A DNA stretch of 37,298 nucleotides from a virus. Its lineage: Duplodnaviria; Heunggongvirae; Uroviricota; Caudoviricetes. The position numbers and the translations under genes were made by a program. The notes beneath the pieces are model-generated. The model was not told where the DNA came from. It made no database searches and saw only the letters and a list, made by a program, of their open reading frames with translations. Below, in pieces: positions 1-8,922 of the stretch; position 1 is the first letter of the stretch, and every line of letters begins with the position of its first letter. Where the stretch lies: the IMG/VR virus record IMGVR_UViG_2872158770_000003, one strand, 5' to 3'.

Positions 1-219
1 TCAGTTTTCCTTATACGGATTAATTTTATTGTGCAGTGTGTTGAACGACGCCCATACAACGTCGGTATACAATTCAGTAACTGGCTCAATTATTTTCCCG
101 ATTGCCCAGACAAAAATTAGAGGGGATATCGGTATCATCAATACGATAAACAGAATGAGAAACAAAAATTCTGTCGCCCTACTTTTTTGCGGATATTCTT
201 TTCTGAATAATGTAGTCAT
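1..219 (-). CDS. hypothetical small membrane protein (72 aa)
   Basis: Complete minus-strand ORF; hydrophobic stretch FLFLILFIVLMIPISPLIFVWAIG suggests one TM helix; no family recognised. Confidence 0.35.
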   Translation of the reverse strand: MTTLFRKEYPQKSRATEFLFLILFIVLMIPISPLIFVWAIGKIIEPVTELYTDVVWASFNTLHNKINPYKEN

Positions 220-251
220 TTCTTACCGCCCTTTCGGGCGGCCTCCCGACA

Positions 252-464
252 TTAATCGTTGTGGTAACTCATGGCTTCATTTGCAGCATCAACCGGATCA
301 ACCTCCCACCAGCAATAATTTGGTGCGTTTCCTTCAGGTGTCCACGGTTCTAATTCATTTTTTGCCACATTCTCGTCGCCAGTAATTTTAAAAATCTGCT
401 CAGAGAATTTTTTCACCCACTCGTTATATTTTTCAGTGTTAATAATTTTCTGTGTATTTGACAT
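252..464 (-). CDS. hypothetical small protein (70 aa)
   Basis: Minus-strand ORF with GGAGG-type ribosome-binding site just upstream of ATG; sits directly upstream of the 72-aa membrane ORF as a possible two-gene unit. Confidence 0.4.
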   Translation of the reverse strand: MSNTQKIINTEKYNEWVKKFSEQIFKITGDENVAKNELEPWTPEGNAPNYCWWEVDPVDAANEAMSYHND

Positions 465-522
465 AGATATACCTCCAGTTAAGGATTAAATTTTATTTAC
501 AGTGCCGGGTAATGACTCCAAC

Positions 523-1026
523 TTATTGATAGTGTTTTATGTTCAGATAATGCCCGATGACTTTGTCATGCAGCTCCACCGATTTTGAGAACGACAGCGA
601 CTTCCGTCCCAGCCGTGCCAGGTGCTGCCTCAGATTCAGGTTATGCCGCTCAATTCGCTGCGTATATCGCTTGCTGATTACGTGCAGCTTTCCCTTCAGG
701 CGGGATTCATACAGCGGCCAGCCATCCGTCATCCATATCACCACGTCAAAGGGTGACAGCAGGCTCATAAGACGCCCCAGCGTCGCCATAGTGCGTTCAC
801 CGAATACGTGCGCAACAACCGTCTTCCGGAGACTGTCATACGCGTAAAACAGCCAGCGCTGGCGCGATTTAGCCCCGACATAGCCCCACTGTTCGTCCAT
901 TTCCGCGCAGACGATGACGTCACTGCCCGGCTGTATGCGCGAGGTTACCGACTGCGGCCTGAGTTTTTTAAGTGACGTAAAATCGTGTTGAGGCCAACGC
1001 CCATAATGCGTGCAGTTGCCCGGCAT
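523..1026 (-). CDS. insB: IS1 InsB transposase reading frame (167 aa)
   Basis: Translation ...[47 protein letters not shown]... matches IS1 InsB; overlaps insA for InsAB' frameshift fusion. Confidence 0.9.
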   Translation of the reverse strand: MPGNCTHYGRWPQHDFTSLKKLRPQSVTSRIQPGSDVIVCAEMDEQWGYVGAKSRQRWLFYAYDSLRKTVVAHVFGERTMATLGRLMSLLSPFDVVIWMTDGWPLYESRLKGKLHVISKRYTQRIERHNLNLRQHLARLGRKSLSFSKSVELHDKVIGHYLNIKHYQ

Positions 1027-1220
1027 CCAACGCCATTCATGGCCATATCAATGATTTTCTGGTGCGTACCGGGTTGAGAAGCGGTGTAAGTGAACTGCAG
1101 TTGCCATGTTTTACGGCAGTGAGAGCAGAGATAGCGCTGATGTCCGGCAGTGCTTTTGCTGTTACGCACCACCCCGTCAGTAGCTGAACAGGAGGGACAG
1201 CTGATAGAAACAGAAGCCAC
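945..1220 (-). CDS. insA: IS1 InsA (91 aa)
   Basis: Translation [43 protein letters not shown]... matches IS1 InsA zinc-finger/HTH protein. Confidence 0.9.
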   Translation of the reverse strand: MASVSISCPSCSATDGVVRNSKSTAGHQRYLCSHCRKTWQLQFTYTASQPGTHQKIIDMAMNGVGCRATARIMGVGLNTILRHLKNSGRSR

Positions 1221-1347
1221 TGGAGCACCTCAAAAACACCATCATACACTAAATCAGTAAGTTGGCAGCATCACCACAGTGCTGAACTTAATTATTCAGA
1301 TTTTGGATTATGCTTTCTCTTCACGAAGTTCCGATTGTTAATTTGGC

Positions 1348-1737
1348 TCACAACAGCACCTTCTGAAAATTACCCTGATAGAAAGCCAGTACACGCTGCA
1401 TAGCTTCGCTCTTCCGGCACTCGCTACAGATTATGTTTTGACGCCTGTCGTAGCGGCGTATTTCTCCGTCTGGTAATGACCAGATAAGGTCAGGATCAAC
1501 CACAGATGGTTTCTTCAGATTTGCCCTTGAGAGTTTTTTGCGGGCGTTTTGCCAGTCCTTACGCGCCTGTTCAGACGGGAATAACCCGTAACCAGAGTTG
1601 TATACATCGCCACTGGCAACCAGCTCTCTGGCGAGAACACTCATCAGATATCTTGTCGCACCTGTCTTGGCTTCCAGTTGCCGCAACGTCTCGCGACCGC
1701 TCAGACGTACAAGTTCAACAACCTGCCCTTTAATTTT
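1348..1737 (-). pseudogene. 5'-truncated gene of unknown function, cut by IS600
   Basis: Minus-strand reading frame stays open upstream of the annotated TTG start right up to the IS600 boundary at 1738, so the N-terminus is missing. Confidence 0.4.
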
Positions 1738-1801
1738 TGAGGTAGCCTGAGTTTAACGGACACTCCTTCCTGAAATAGAATGGCATCAGAAGGAGCTAAT
1801 A

Positions 1802-2104
1802 ATGAGCAGAAAAACCCAACGTTACTCTAAAGAGTTCAAAGCCGAAGCTGTCAGAACGGTTCCTGAAAATCAACTTTCGATCAGTGAAGGCGCTTCCCGA
1901 TTATCTCTTCCTGAAGGCACTTTAGGACAATGGGTTACCGCCGCCAGAAAAGGGCTCGGTACTCCTGGTTCCCGCACGGTGGCTGAACTGGAATCTGAAA
2001 TTCTGCAACTGCGTAAGGCGTTAAATGAAGCTCGCCTTGAGCGAGATATATTAAAAAAAGCAACAGCGTATTTTGCACAGGAGTCGCTGAAAAATACGCG
2101 TTAA
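1802..2104 (+). CDS. IS600 OrfA (HTH transposase N-terminal protein, 100 aa)
   Basis: Translation MSRKTQRYSKEFKAEAVRTV...LQLRKALNEARLERDILKKATAYF is typical IS3-family OrfA with leucine zipper. Confidence 0.9.
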   Translation: MSRKTQRYSKEFKAEAVRTVPENQLSISEGASRLSLPEGTLGQWVTAARKGLGTPGSRTVAELESEILQLRKALNEARLERDILKKATAYFAQESLKNTR

Positions 2105-2139
2105 TCGAACAATGGCGACAACAATTTCCCATTGAAGCG

Positions 2140-2958
2140 ATGTGTCAGGTATTTGGTGTATCCAGGAGCGGTTATTACAACTGGGTACAGCATGAACCCT
2201 CAGACAGAAAACAAAGTGATGAGCGGCTAAAACTGGAGATTAAGGTGGCACATATCCGCACTCGCGAAACATATGGAACCCGGCGGCTCCAGACGGAGCT
2301 GGCAGAGAATGGCATCATCGTTGGTCGTGACCGACTGGCACGTCTTCGTAAGGAGCTAAGGCTACACTGTAAGCAGAAACGCAAGTTCAGAGCGACTACG
2401 AACTCGAACCACAATCTGCCAGTTGCGCCAAATCTGCTGAACCAGACGTTCGCTCCTACAGCACCAAATCAGGTCTGGGTGGCGGACCTGACGTATGTTG
2501 CCACACAGGAGGGATGGTTGTACCTCGCTGGCATCAAAGATGTTTATACGTGCGAAATTGTCGGCTACGCCATGGGAGAGCGCATGACAAAAGAGCTGAC
2601 AGGTAAAGCCCTGTTTATGGCGCTCAGGAGCCAGCGCCCACCTGCCGGGCTAATCCACCACTCTGATCGAGGTTCACAGTACTGCGCATACGATTACCGG
2701 GTCATACAGGAGCAGTCTGGTCTGAAAACATCAATGTCGCGTAAAGGTAACTGTTACGACAACGCTCCGATGGAAAGCTTCTGGGGAACGCTGAAAAATG
2801 AGAGCCTGAGCCACTATCGTTTTAATAACCGGGATGAAGCCATCTCAGTAATACGGGAATACATTGAGATTTTCTACAATCGTCAGCGTCGTCACTCTCG
2901 TCTGGGGAATATCTCCCCGGCAGCCTTCAGGGAAAAATATCATCAGATGGCTGCTTAA
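2140..2958 (+). CDS. IS600 OrfB (DDE transposase catalytic domain, 272 aa)
   Basis: Translation contains IS3-family integrase-core motifs (WVADLTYV..., HSDRGSQY..., NAPMESFWGTLK); normally expressed as OrfAB fusion. Confidence 0.9.
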   Translation: MCQVFGVSRSGYYNWVQHEPSDRKQSDERLKLEIKVAHIRTRETYGTRRLQTELAENGIIVGRDRLARLRKELRLHCKQKRKFRATTNSNHNLPVAPNLLNQTFAPTAPNQVWVADLTYVATQEGWLYLAGIKDVYTCEIVGYAMGERMTKELTGKALFMALRSQRPPAGLIHHSDRGSQYCAYDYRVIQEQSGLKTSMSRKGNCYDNAPMESFWGTLKNESLSHYRFNNRDEAISVIREYIEIFYNRQRRHSRLGNISPAAFREKYHQMAA

Positions 2959-3001
2959 AAAAAGAACAAATGGTAGTGTCCGCTATTGCCAGTACACCTC
3001 A

Positions 3002-3200
3002 TCCATCACCGAAAAAAATTGGCTTTTACACCATTGGCGATAAAAGCATTTACCTGTATGACCTACGCCGCATGGATGAAATCATGGAGGCTCTTGATAA
3101 TCGTTCGTCGATGGATTGGTGTGTTGCTGTTCATGATATGAATGCAGGGTTTGATGAAAAGATTTTGTTCCCCTCATCAGTTGAAAGCACTGCGGGTTAA
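3002..3200 (+). pseudogene. 3' fragment of a prophage gene truncated by IS600
   Basis: Reading frame enters from inside IS600 and ends ...DEKILFPSSVESTAG; no start codon outside the IS. Confidence 0.35.
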
Positions 3201-3210
3201 GGAGTAACAC

Positions 3211-3378
3211 ATGACCACTATTACCAAAGAACGTATTGAATTGTTCATTAAAAACCCGCTTGAAAACGGGCTTACCCGTGGTGAACAAATGGAACTGGCA
3301 CGGATTGCGCTGGCATCGCTGGAAGCAGAGCCGGTTGTGTTCTGGTTTGAAAAATATCAAGAAGGGGCTACGGCATGA
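3211..3378 (+). CDS. hypothetical protein (55 aa)
   Basis: ATG at 3211 preceded by AAGGAG (3199-3204); stop overlaps next start (ATGA); shares ALASLEAEP / ALVSLAAEP motif with the following ORF. Confidence 0.45.
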   Translation: MTTITKERIELFIKNPLENGLTRGEQMELARIALASLEAEPVVFWFEKYQEGATA

Positions 3379-3719
3379 CGACTTTTACCAGAGAGCAGTT
3401 AATAGCTCACGCAGAGGAGACTATTGAAGCACAGAGACTGTGCATACCGGGCACAATCGACCATGACATCATCCGCACATATAAGATGGATATTGCTGTT
3501 CTGGAAATCGCACTGGTATCGCTGGCAGCAGAGCCAGCCGGTAAATTGCATGAATACAAACCAGTGGGATATCAGCGTCTGGTCGATGAGTTAACCATGC
3601 TGGTAAAGCAGTTAACCTGGCAACTGAGAAAAGCGAAGCCAGACTGCAAATTACCGGATAAGGCGATGAGTTATCTGGAGCGGAACGGACTGATAAGCGT
3701 GGAGGATATTTTACGATGA
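3375..3719 (+). CDS. hypothetical protein (114 aa)
   Basis: ORF translationally coupled to neighbours on both sides; lies in the prophage region upstream of hok. Confidence 0.45.
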   Translation: MTTFTREQLIAHAEETIEAQRLCIPGTIDHDIIRTYKMDIAVLEIALVSLAAEPAGKLHEYKPVGYQRLVDELTMLVKQLTWQLRKAKPDCKLPDKAMSYLERNGLISVEDILR

Positions 3720-3799
3720 CCTGGCCTGAAGCATTAACAACGGTAGGAATTGCGATGGCGGTGGCGCTGGTGGTGTATTCGATTTGCCGCTGGGGATAA
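3716..3799 (+). CDS. possible small hydrophobic peptide (27 aa)
   Basis: ATG overlaps stop of preceding ORF (ATGA); translation [27 protein letters not shown] is membrane-like; too short for the ORF track. Confidence 0.25.
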   Translation: MTWPEALTTVGIAMAVALVVYSICRWG

Positions 3800-4010
3800 A
3801 AACGGTTTGCGGGAAAAGGAGAGTTAAGTAGAATTGCAGCGGGTGCTTGAGGCTATCTGTCTCAGGCATGAACACCAAAAGGCAGATAGAGAAAAGCCCC
3901 AGTTAACATTACGCGTCCGGCAAGACGCTTAACATTAATCTGAGGCTCAATCTATGAACGGCAAATCTAGGTTAGCCTCTTACGTGCCGAAAGGCAAGGA
4001 GAAGCAGGCT

Positions 4011-4166
4011 ATGAAGCAGCAAAAGGCGATGTTAATCGCCCTGATCGTCATCTGTTTAACCGTCATAGTGACGGCACTGGTAACGAGGAAAGACCTCTGC
4101 GAGGTACGAATTCGAACCGGCCAGACGGAGGTCGCTGTCTTCACAGCTTACGAACCTGAGGAGTAA
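4011..4166 (+). CDS. hokD: Hok/Gef-family type I toxin (51 aa), HokD/RelF-like
   Basis: Translation MKQQKAMLIALIVICLTVIVTALVTRKDLCEVRIRTGQTEVAVFTAYEPEE has the Hok signature (TM helix then C-x-[VI]-R and EVAAF-like motif); followed by a strong terminator. Confidence 0.75.
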   Translation: MKQQKAMLIALIVICLTVIVTALVTRKDLCEVRIRTGQTEVAVFTAYEPEE

Positions 4167-4236
4167 GAGACCAGGCGGGGGAGAAATCCCTCGCCACCTC
4201 TGATGGGTCAGGCATCCTCAATGCACCCACACTTAA

Positions 4237-4260
4237 CCCGCTTCGGCGGGTTTTTGTTTT
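4237..4260 (+). terminator. rho-independent terminator downstream of hok
   Basis: Hairpin CCCGC-TTCG-GCGGG followed by TTTTTGTTTTTATTTT. Confidence 0.7.
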
Positions 4261-4383
4261 TATTTTCAACGCGTTTGAAGTTTTAGATGGTGCCGGAATA
4301 GAATCAAAAATACTTAAGTAGCGCGCAGGGAGAAGAGGGATGGACCCCGAACAGGGGAGTGCTATTTATCTGGAAGGATTCTG

Positions 4384-4647
4384 TTGATGAAAATCGAAGA
4401 ATTACGTGAAATTTTTAGTGAAGATGGCCTCTATACTGTGCGCGTTGAGAATGGCGCTATTGTCAGCCACTGCCGTATTAAATGTTTACAGTCTCAACAA
4501 AGGAAGAGTGGAGCTGCGTTAATTCATTTTGTGGATGGGCTTGTGACGGATGGTTTTATTTCGCGTGCAAATGAATTTGTCACATCGTTGCCGTCTCTGA
4601 AAGAAGCTGGGATTAAGGCTGGTTTTTCTGCTTTTGAAGATGAGTGA
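4384..4647 (+). CDS. hypothetical protein (about 86 aa; ATG at 4387)
   Basis: ORF in the position of the small gene that follows hokD in K-12 Qin-type prophages (recalled gene order); identity not verifiable. Confidence 0.4.
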   Translation: MMKIEELREIFSEDGLYTVRVENGAIVSHCRIKCLQSQQRKSGAALIHFVDGLVTDGFISRANEFVTSLPSLKEAGIKAGFSAFEDE

Positions 4648-4713
4648 ATTCATCTACAATTCAGCGCAGGGCTGAACCCCTGTTGAGTAACACTGTGCCA
4701 CCGGAGAAAGCCG

Positions 4714-4992
4714 ATGGCGCAAAATTCCAGACTACACAATTCTGATAATTCAGCCGTCTTTGCCAGCAGGCACGGGCGGCGCTCTCACGCATTTAAATCT
4801 GATTGGTACCAGCATCCCCCATGCACTGAAGAACAGGCCGAATGGCTCATTCAGTGTTACCGCAGGCGCGGATGCGAGGTTAAAAAAGCCCTTAGCCTCG
4901 ACTACCGTCACTGGATAATCTCCGTCAGGCTCCCTTACTCCGAACGGCCAACGCGTCCGTCCCGCACATTCCAGCAACGGATCTGGAGGTAA
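4714..4992 (+). CDS. hypothetical protein (92 aa), possibly a split-off N-terminal part of the next gene
   Basis: ORF ends 1 nt before the DUF968-like ORF begins in another frame. Confidence 0.3.
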   Translation: MAQNSRLHNSDNSAVFASRHGRRSHAFKSDWYQHPPCTEEQAEWLIQCYRRRGCEVKKALSLDYRHWIISVRLPYSERPTRPSRTFQQRIWR

Positions 4993-4993
4993 T

Positions 4994-6052
4994 GTGCGGG
5001 TATTACTTCGACCTGTTCTGGTACCGGAACTCGGTCTGGTTATCGTTAAGCCAGGCCGTGAATCAATGTCAGCATTCCATAACGGCAGAATACTGGTGGA
5101 GCCGGAACCAAAAAGCATGCGTAATCTGCCGTCCGGGGTCGTTCCTGCCGCTCGCCAGCCGCTGGTGGAAGACAAAACATTGCTGCCGTTTTTCAGTAAC
5201 GCACGGGTGATTCGTGCTGCTGGTGGTGCTGGTGCATTGTCTGACTGGCTGTTGCGCCATATTAAATCCTGCCAGTGGCCACACGGCGATTATCATCACA
5301 GCGAAACCGTCATTCACCGTTATGGTACCGGCGCAATGGTGTTGTGCTGGCACTGCGACAACCAGCTGCGTGACCAGACATCCGAATCACTCGAGCAACT
5401 TGCTCATCAAAACCTGTCAGCATGGATGATTGACGTCATCGGTCACGCAATAAGCGGTACGCAGGAGCGTGAATTATCTCTGGCTGAATTATCCTGGTGG
5501 GCGGTCCGCAATCAGGTGGCGGACGCGCTACCGGAAGCGGTATTACGTCGTTCGCTGGGGTTGCGTGCGGAAAAAATTCGCTCTGTGTACAGTGAAAGCG
5601 ACATCATACCGGGAGAGCAGACAGCCACCAGCATACTGAAGCAGCGCACAAAAAATATTGCGTTACTGCCTCACGTCCACCAGCAACAGAACCCACCACA
5701 GGAAAAGACGGTGGTCAGCATTGCCGTTGATCCGGAGTCACCGGCTCAGTATCTCCAGCGCCAGAAATCACAACGGGAAGAGATGCCTGTATACACGCGC
5801 TGGGTAAAAACGCAGAAATGCATGACGTGTGGCAATCAGGCAGATGATCCGCATCACATCATTGGTCATGGACTGGGAGGGATGGGAACAAAGGCTGATG
5901 ATTTGTTTGTTATTCCGTTATGCCGTAAATGCCGTAACGAACTACATGCCGGAGTAAAAGATTTTGAAGAGAAACACGGCAGTCAGCTGTTGTTGCTGAT
6001 TCGTTTTTTAATGCACGCGAGAAATTCGGGTGTTCTGAAGTGGAAAGCATAA
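4994..6052 (+). CDS. YdfU-like (DUF968) prophage protein with C-terminal HNH-like zinc motif (352 aa)
   Basis: Length and position (upstream of Q) match YdfU-type proteins; C-terminus CMTCGNQADDPHHIIGHG...CRKCRNELH resembles an HNH/zinc finger. Confidence 0.6.
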   Translation: MRVLLRPVLVPELGLVIVKPGRESMSAFHNGRILVEPEPKSMRNLPSGVVPAARQPLVEDKTLLPFFSNARVIRAAGGAGALSDWLLRHIKSCQWPHGDYHHSETVIHRYGTGAMVLCWHCDNQLRDQTSESLEQLAHQNLSAWMIDVIGHAISGTQERELSLAELSWWAVRNQVADALPEAVLRRSLGLRAEKIRSVYSESDIIPGEQTATSILKQRTKNIALLPHVHQQQNPPQEKTVVSIAVDPESPAQYLQRQKSQREEMPVYTRWVKTQKCMTCGNQADDPHHIIGHGLGGMGTKADDLFVIPLCRKCRNELHAGVKDFEEKHGSQLLLLIRFLMHARNSGVLKWKA

Positions 6053-6433
6053 ATGACCGAGCGCATAGAATTTGTTTTACCTTACCCGCCGACGGTGAAC
6101 ACTTACTGGCGTCGTCGTGGCAGCACATATTTTGTATCAAAAGCCGGGGAGCGTTATCGCCGGGCAGTGGCGCTTATTGTTCGCCAGCAGCGGCTGAAAT
6201 TAAGCCTGTCCGGAAGGTTGGCAATAAAAATTATTGCAGAACCACCGGATAAGCGCCGCCGTGACCTGGACAATATTCTGAAAGCGCCGCTGGATGCGCT
6301 GACGCATGCGGGGTTGCTAATGGACGATGAGCAGTTTGATGAAATCAATATCGTTCGTGCTCAGCCAGTATCTGGTGGACGTCTGGGGGTGAAGATTTAT
6401 CCCATAATGCTTGAAGGGCAGGTCAAAAAATGA
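6053..6433 (+). CDS. rusA: RusA-family Holliday junction resolvase (126 aa)
   Basis: N-terminal LPYPPTVNTYWRRRG and central PDKRRRDLDNILKAPLDALTHAGLLMDDEQ match the RusA catalytic motif pattern. Confidence 0.8.
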   Translation: MTERIEFVLPYPPTVNTYWRRRGSTYFVSKAGERYRRAVALIVRQQRLKLSLSGRLAIKIIAEPPDKRRRDLDNILKAPLDALTHAGLLMDDEQFDEINIVRAQPVSGGRLGVKIYPIMLEGQVKK

Positions 6434-7251
6434 AACTGGAAGATTTACCGAAATACTACTCCCCAAAATCCCCCGGCCTGACTGATGCATCGGCCTCAAC
6501 GTCGAAAGATGCGCTGAGTATCACTGATGTGATGGCCGCGCAGGGCATGACACAGAATCGGGCTGAGATGGGGGTTTCTGCGTTCCTTGGGAAAATGGGC
6601 ATTAGTATGAATGACAGAGAGCGGGCAACAGAATTGCTGACAGAATATGCACTCAGTCGGTGTGATCGCGTGGCGGCGTTAAGAAAACTCCCGGCAGAAA
6701 TAAAACCGGCAGTGATGCGTATTATGGCTTCGTATGCGTTTGAAGATTATGCCCGTAGCGCGGCGAGCAAAAAACAGTGCCCCTGCTGTCACGGAAAAAA
6801 ATTTATTGAAAGCGAGGTTTTTACAAACAAGATCCAGTATCCGGATGGTAAGCCGCCGGTATGGGCAAAGTGTACGAAAGGTGTGTATCCGTCTTACTGG
6901 GAAGAATGGAAAAAAGTCAGGGAGGTGGTAAAAGTTGCCTGTCCGGAGTGTGGCGGAAAGGGTGAGGTTTCCACCGCCTGTAAGGATTGCCGTGGGCGTG
7001 GTGTCGCCATTCATCGTGAAGAGTCGGTAAAACGTGGTATGCCTGTTATCAGAGACTGCCAGCGTTGTGGTGGTCGTGGCTATGAAAGACTACCATCAAC
7101 GGAGGCATTTAATGCTATATGCGAGGTGACAAACCAGATAACACGCGCGTCATGGGAAAAAACAGTTAAGAAATTTTATGATGCGCTGGTGACCCGGTTT
7201 GATATTGAAGAAGCATGGGCTGAGCGGCAGTTAAAAAAGGTAACTAGGTAA
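6430..7251 (+). CDS. late-gene antitermination protein Q (273 aa)
   Basis: Overlaps rusA stop (ATGA); several CxxC zinc-finger pairs; sits directly upstream of a PR'-like promoter and short-transcript terminator. Confidence 0.7.
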   Translation: MKLEDLPKYYSPKSPGLTDASASTSKDALSITDVMAAQGMTQNRAEMGVSAFLGKMGISMNDRERATELLTEYALSRCDRVAALRKLPAEIKPAVMRIMASYAFEDYARSAASKKQCPCCHGKKFIESEVFTNKIQYPDGKPPVWAKCTKGVYPSYWEEWKKVREVVKVACPECGGKGEVSTACKDCRGRGVAIHREESVKRGMPVIRDCQRCGGRGYERLPSTEAFNAICEVTNQITRASWEKTVKKFYDALVTRFDIEEAWAERQLKKVTR

Positions 7252-7256
7252 CAAGG

Positions 7257-7284
7257 TTGATTTTTCCGGAATCTGTGGTAAATT
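7257..7284 (+). promoter_or_regulatory. candidate late promoter PR' (-35 TTGATT, 16-nt spacer, -10 TAAATT)
   Basis: Hexamers read directly after the Q stop; TAAATT is the lambda PR' -10 hexamer (recalled). Confidence 0.4.
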
Positions 7285-7333
7285 CGTCATAACGATGGGC
7301 GTTTTATGCCTGACGTTAGAAGAGTTTCTACAA

Positions 7334-7356
7334 CCCGCCGCCGAGCGGGTTTTTTA
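7334..7356 (+). terminator. tR'-like rho-independent terminator (end of short 6S-like late leader)
   Basis: Hairpin CCCGC-CGCCGA-GCGGG followed by TTTTTT, about 50 nt downstream of the candidate PR'. Confidence 0.5.
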
Positions 7357-7475
7357 TGACTGAAATCGCGTCAGTACAGTAAACGCGCTGGTGGCGGTGA
7401 ATACCTGTCTTTCAGCTTGCTGGCTTTTTCGACAAGAGTTATTGGTGTGTCACGTTAACCGGAAAAGGAAAAGAC

Positions 7476-7673
7476 ATGCTAAAACAGCAGGATATGACAG
7501 AAACCGCCAGAGTGGTGTTTAATGAATTAAGCGTTACCGAACCGGCGACAGTCGGGGAGATAGCGCAGAATACTTACCTTTCACGCGAACGCTGCCAGTT
7601 AATACTGACCCAGCTGGTTATGGCGGGTCTGGCAGACTATCAGTTCGGTTGTTACAGACGCCTTCCGCAGTGA
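7476..7673 (+). CDS. small winged-helix DNA-binding protein (65 aa), PapI/FaeA-like
   Basis: RBS AAGGAA upstream; helix-turn-helix-like segment TVGEIAQNTYLSRERCQLILTQLVMAGLA; sits directly upstream of a DNA methyltransferase. Confidence 0.4.
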   Translation: MLKQQDMTETARVVFNELSVTEPATVGEIAQNTYLSRERCQLILTQLVMAGLADYQFGCYRRLPQ

Positions 7674-7823
7674 AGGCTTTTTTATTTGTGGTAAATGGGC
7701 GGCTGGTGGGTGTTAGGGGCACCCACCAGCCATCTGCTCATGCGTTGGGTTCACAAGCAAACCTCAGGCCCACTGCTTTGCGCAAAAGCAGAATGAGCCT
7801 ATCAGAGACAGGCTTAATGATCC

Positions 7824-8882
7824 ATGCTTAATACTGTAAAAATATCCAGTTGTGAGTTAATCAACGCCGACTGCCTGGAATTTATCCGGTCGTTACCCGA
7901 AAATTCTGTTGACCTGATAGTCACGGACCCGCCGTACTTTAAAGTGAAGCCTGAGGGCTGGGATAACCAGTGGAAGGGCGACGATGATTACCTGAAGTGG
8001 CTGGACCAGTGTCTGGCGCAGTTCTGGCGGGTGCTGAAACCTGCCGGAAGTCTTTACCTGTTCTGTGGTCATCGCCTGGCATCTGATATCGAAATCATGA
8101 TGCGTGAACGCTTCAGTGTGCTGAACCATATTATCTGGGCGAAGCCGTCCGGACGCTGGAACGGATGCAACAAGGAAAGCCTGCGGGCGTATTTCCCCGC
8201 CACAGAGCGCATTCTGTTCGCGGAACATTATCAGGGGCCGTATCGTCCGAAAGATGCCGGGTATGCGGCGAAGGGCAGTGCACTGAAACAGCATGTGATG
8301 GCCCCGCTGATTTCTTACTTTCGTGATGCGCGAGCTGCCCTGGGGATAACGGCAAAACAGATTGCAGATGCCACAGGAAAGAAAAACATGGTGTCGCACT
8401 GGTTCAGTGCCGGTCAGTGGCAGTTGCCGAATGAAAGCGATTATCTGAAATTACAGGCGCTGTTTGCCCGGGTGGCAGAAGAGAAGCATCGGCGTGGTGA
8501 ACTGGAAAAGCTCCACCACCAGCTGGTGGATACGTATACCTCACTGAACCGGCAGTATGCGGAGCTGCTGAGTGAATATAAACATCTGCGGCGGTATTTT
8601 GGCGTGACGGTGCAGGTGCCGTATACCGATGTGTGGACGCATAAACCGGTGCAGTTCTATCCCGGGAAACATCCGTGCGAAAAACCGGCAGAAATGCTGC
8701 AGCAGATAATCAGCGCTAGCAGTCGTCCGGGTGACCTGATTGCAGATTTTTTCATGGGGTTGGGTTCGACAGTGAAAGCGGCACTGGCGCTCGGGCGTCG
8801 TGCAATTGGCGTTGAGCTGGAGACTGAACGTTTTGAGCAGACGGTTCGGGAAGTACAGGATTTAGTCAGCCAGAACGGATGA
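7824..8882 (+). CDS. DNA methyltransferase (N6-adenine/N4-cytosine, beta-class order) (352 aa)
   Basis: Catalytic DPPY motif near N-terminus (LIVTDPPYF) and SAM-binding FxGxGS motif near C-terminus (DFFMGLGST), i.e. motif IV before motif I. Confidence 0.8.
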   Translation: MLNTVKISSCELINADCLEFIRSLPENSVDLIVTDPPYFKVKPEGWDNQWKGDDDYLKWLDQCLAQFWRVLKPAGSLYLFCGHRLASDIEIMMRERFSVLNHIIWAKPSGRWNGCNKESLRAYFPATERILFAEHYQGPYRPKDAGYAAKGSALKQHVMAPLISYFRDARAALGITAKQIADATGKKNMVSHWFSAGQWQLPNESDYLKLQALFARVAEEKHRRGELEKLHHQLVDTYTSLNRQYAELLSEYKHLRRYFGVTVQVPYTDVWTHKPVQFYPGKHPCEKPAEMLQQIISASSRPGDLIADFFMGLGSTVKAALALGRRAIGVELETERFEQTVREVQDLVSQNG

Positions 8883-8922
8883 TATTGAAGAATTAATTAC
8901 GCGTCGTTATTATGCGGCTCCC

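Larger units (their letters stand above)
508..1275 (-). mobile_element. IS1 insertion sequence, complete 768 bp copy
   Basis: Terminal inverted repeats GGTAATGACTCCAACTTATTGAT (508-) and GTTGGCAGCATCACC (-1275); insA and insB inside; flanking 9-bp near-identical direct repeat ACAGTGCCG / ACAGTGCTG. Confidence 0.95.
1738..3001 (+). mobile_element. IS600 (IS3 family), complete 1264 bp copy
   Basis: Starts TGAGGTAGCCTGAG and ends ...GTACACCTCA (TG...CA termini); orfA and orfB inside; A7G slippery run at 2053-2060 for OrfAB frameshifting; no 3-bp target duplication (TTT vs TCC). Confidence 0.9.

Noticed and set aside
557-847. 96-aa ORF antisense within IS1 insB (also in the other IS1 copies)
   Set aside because: Reverse-frame ORF inside a known transposase gene.
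3954-4166. 70-aa extended form of the hok ORF
   Set aside because: Hok-family toxins are about 50 aa and the homologous sequence starts at the internal ATG at 4011; the upstream in-frame part is more likely leader.
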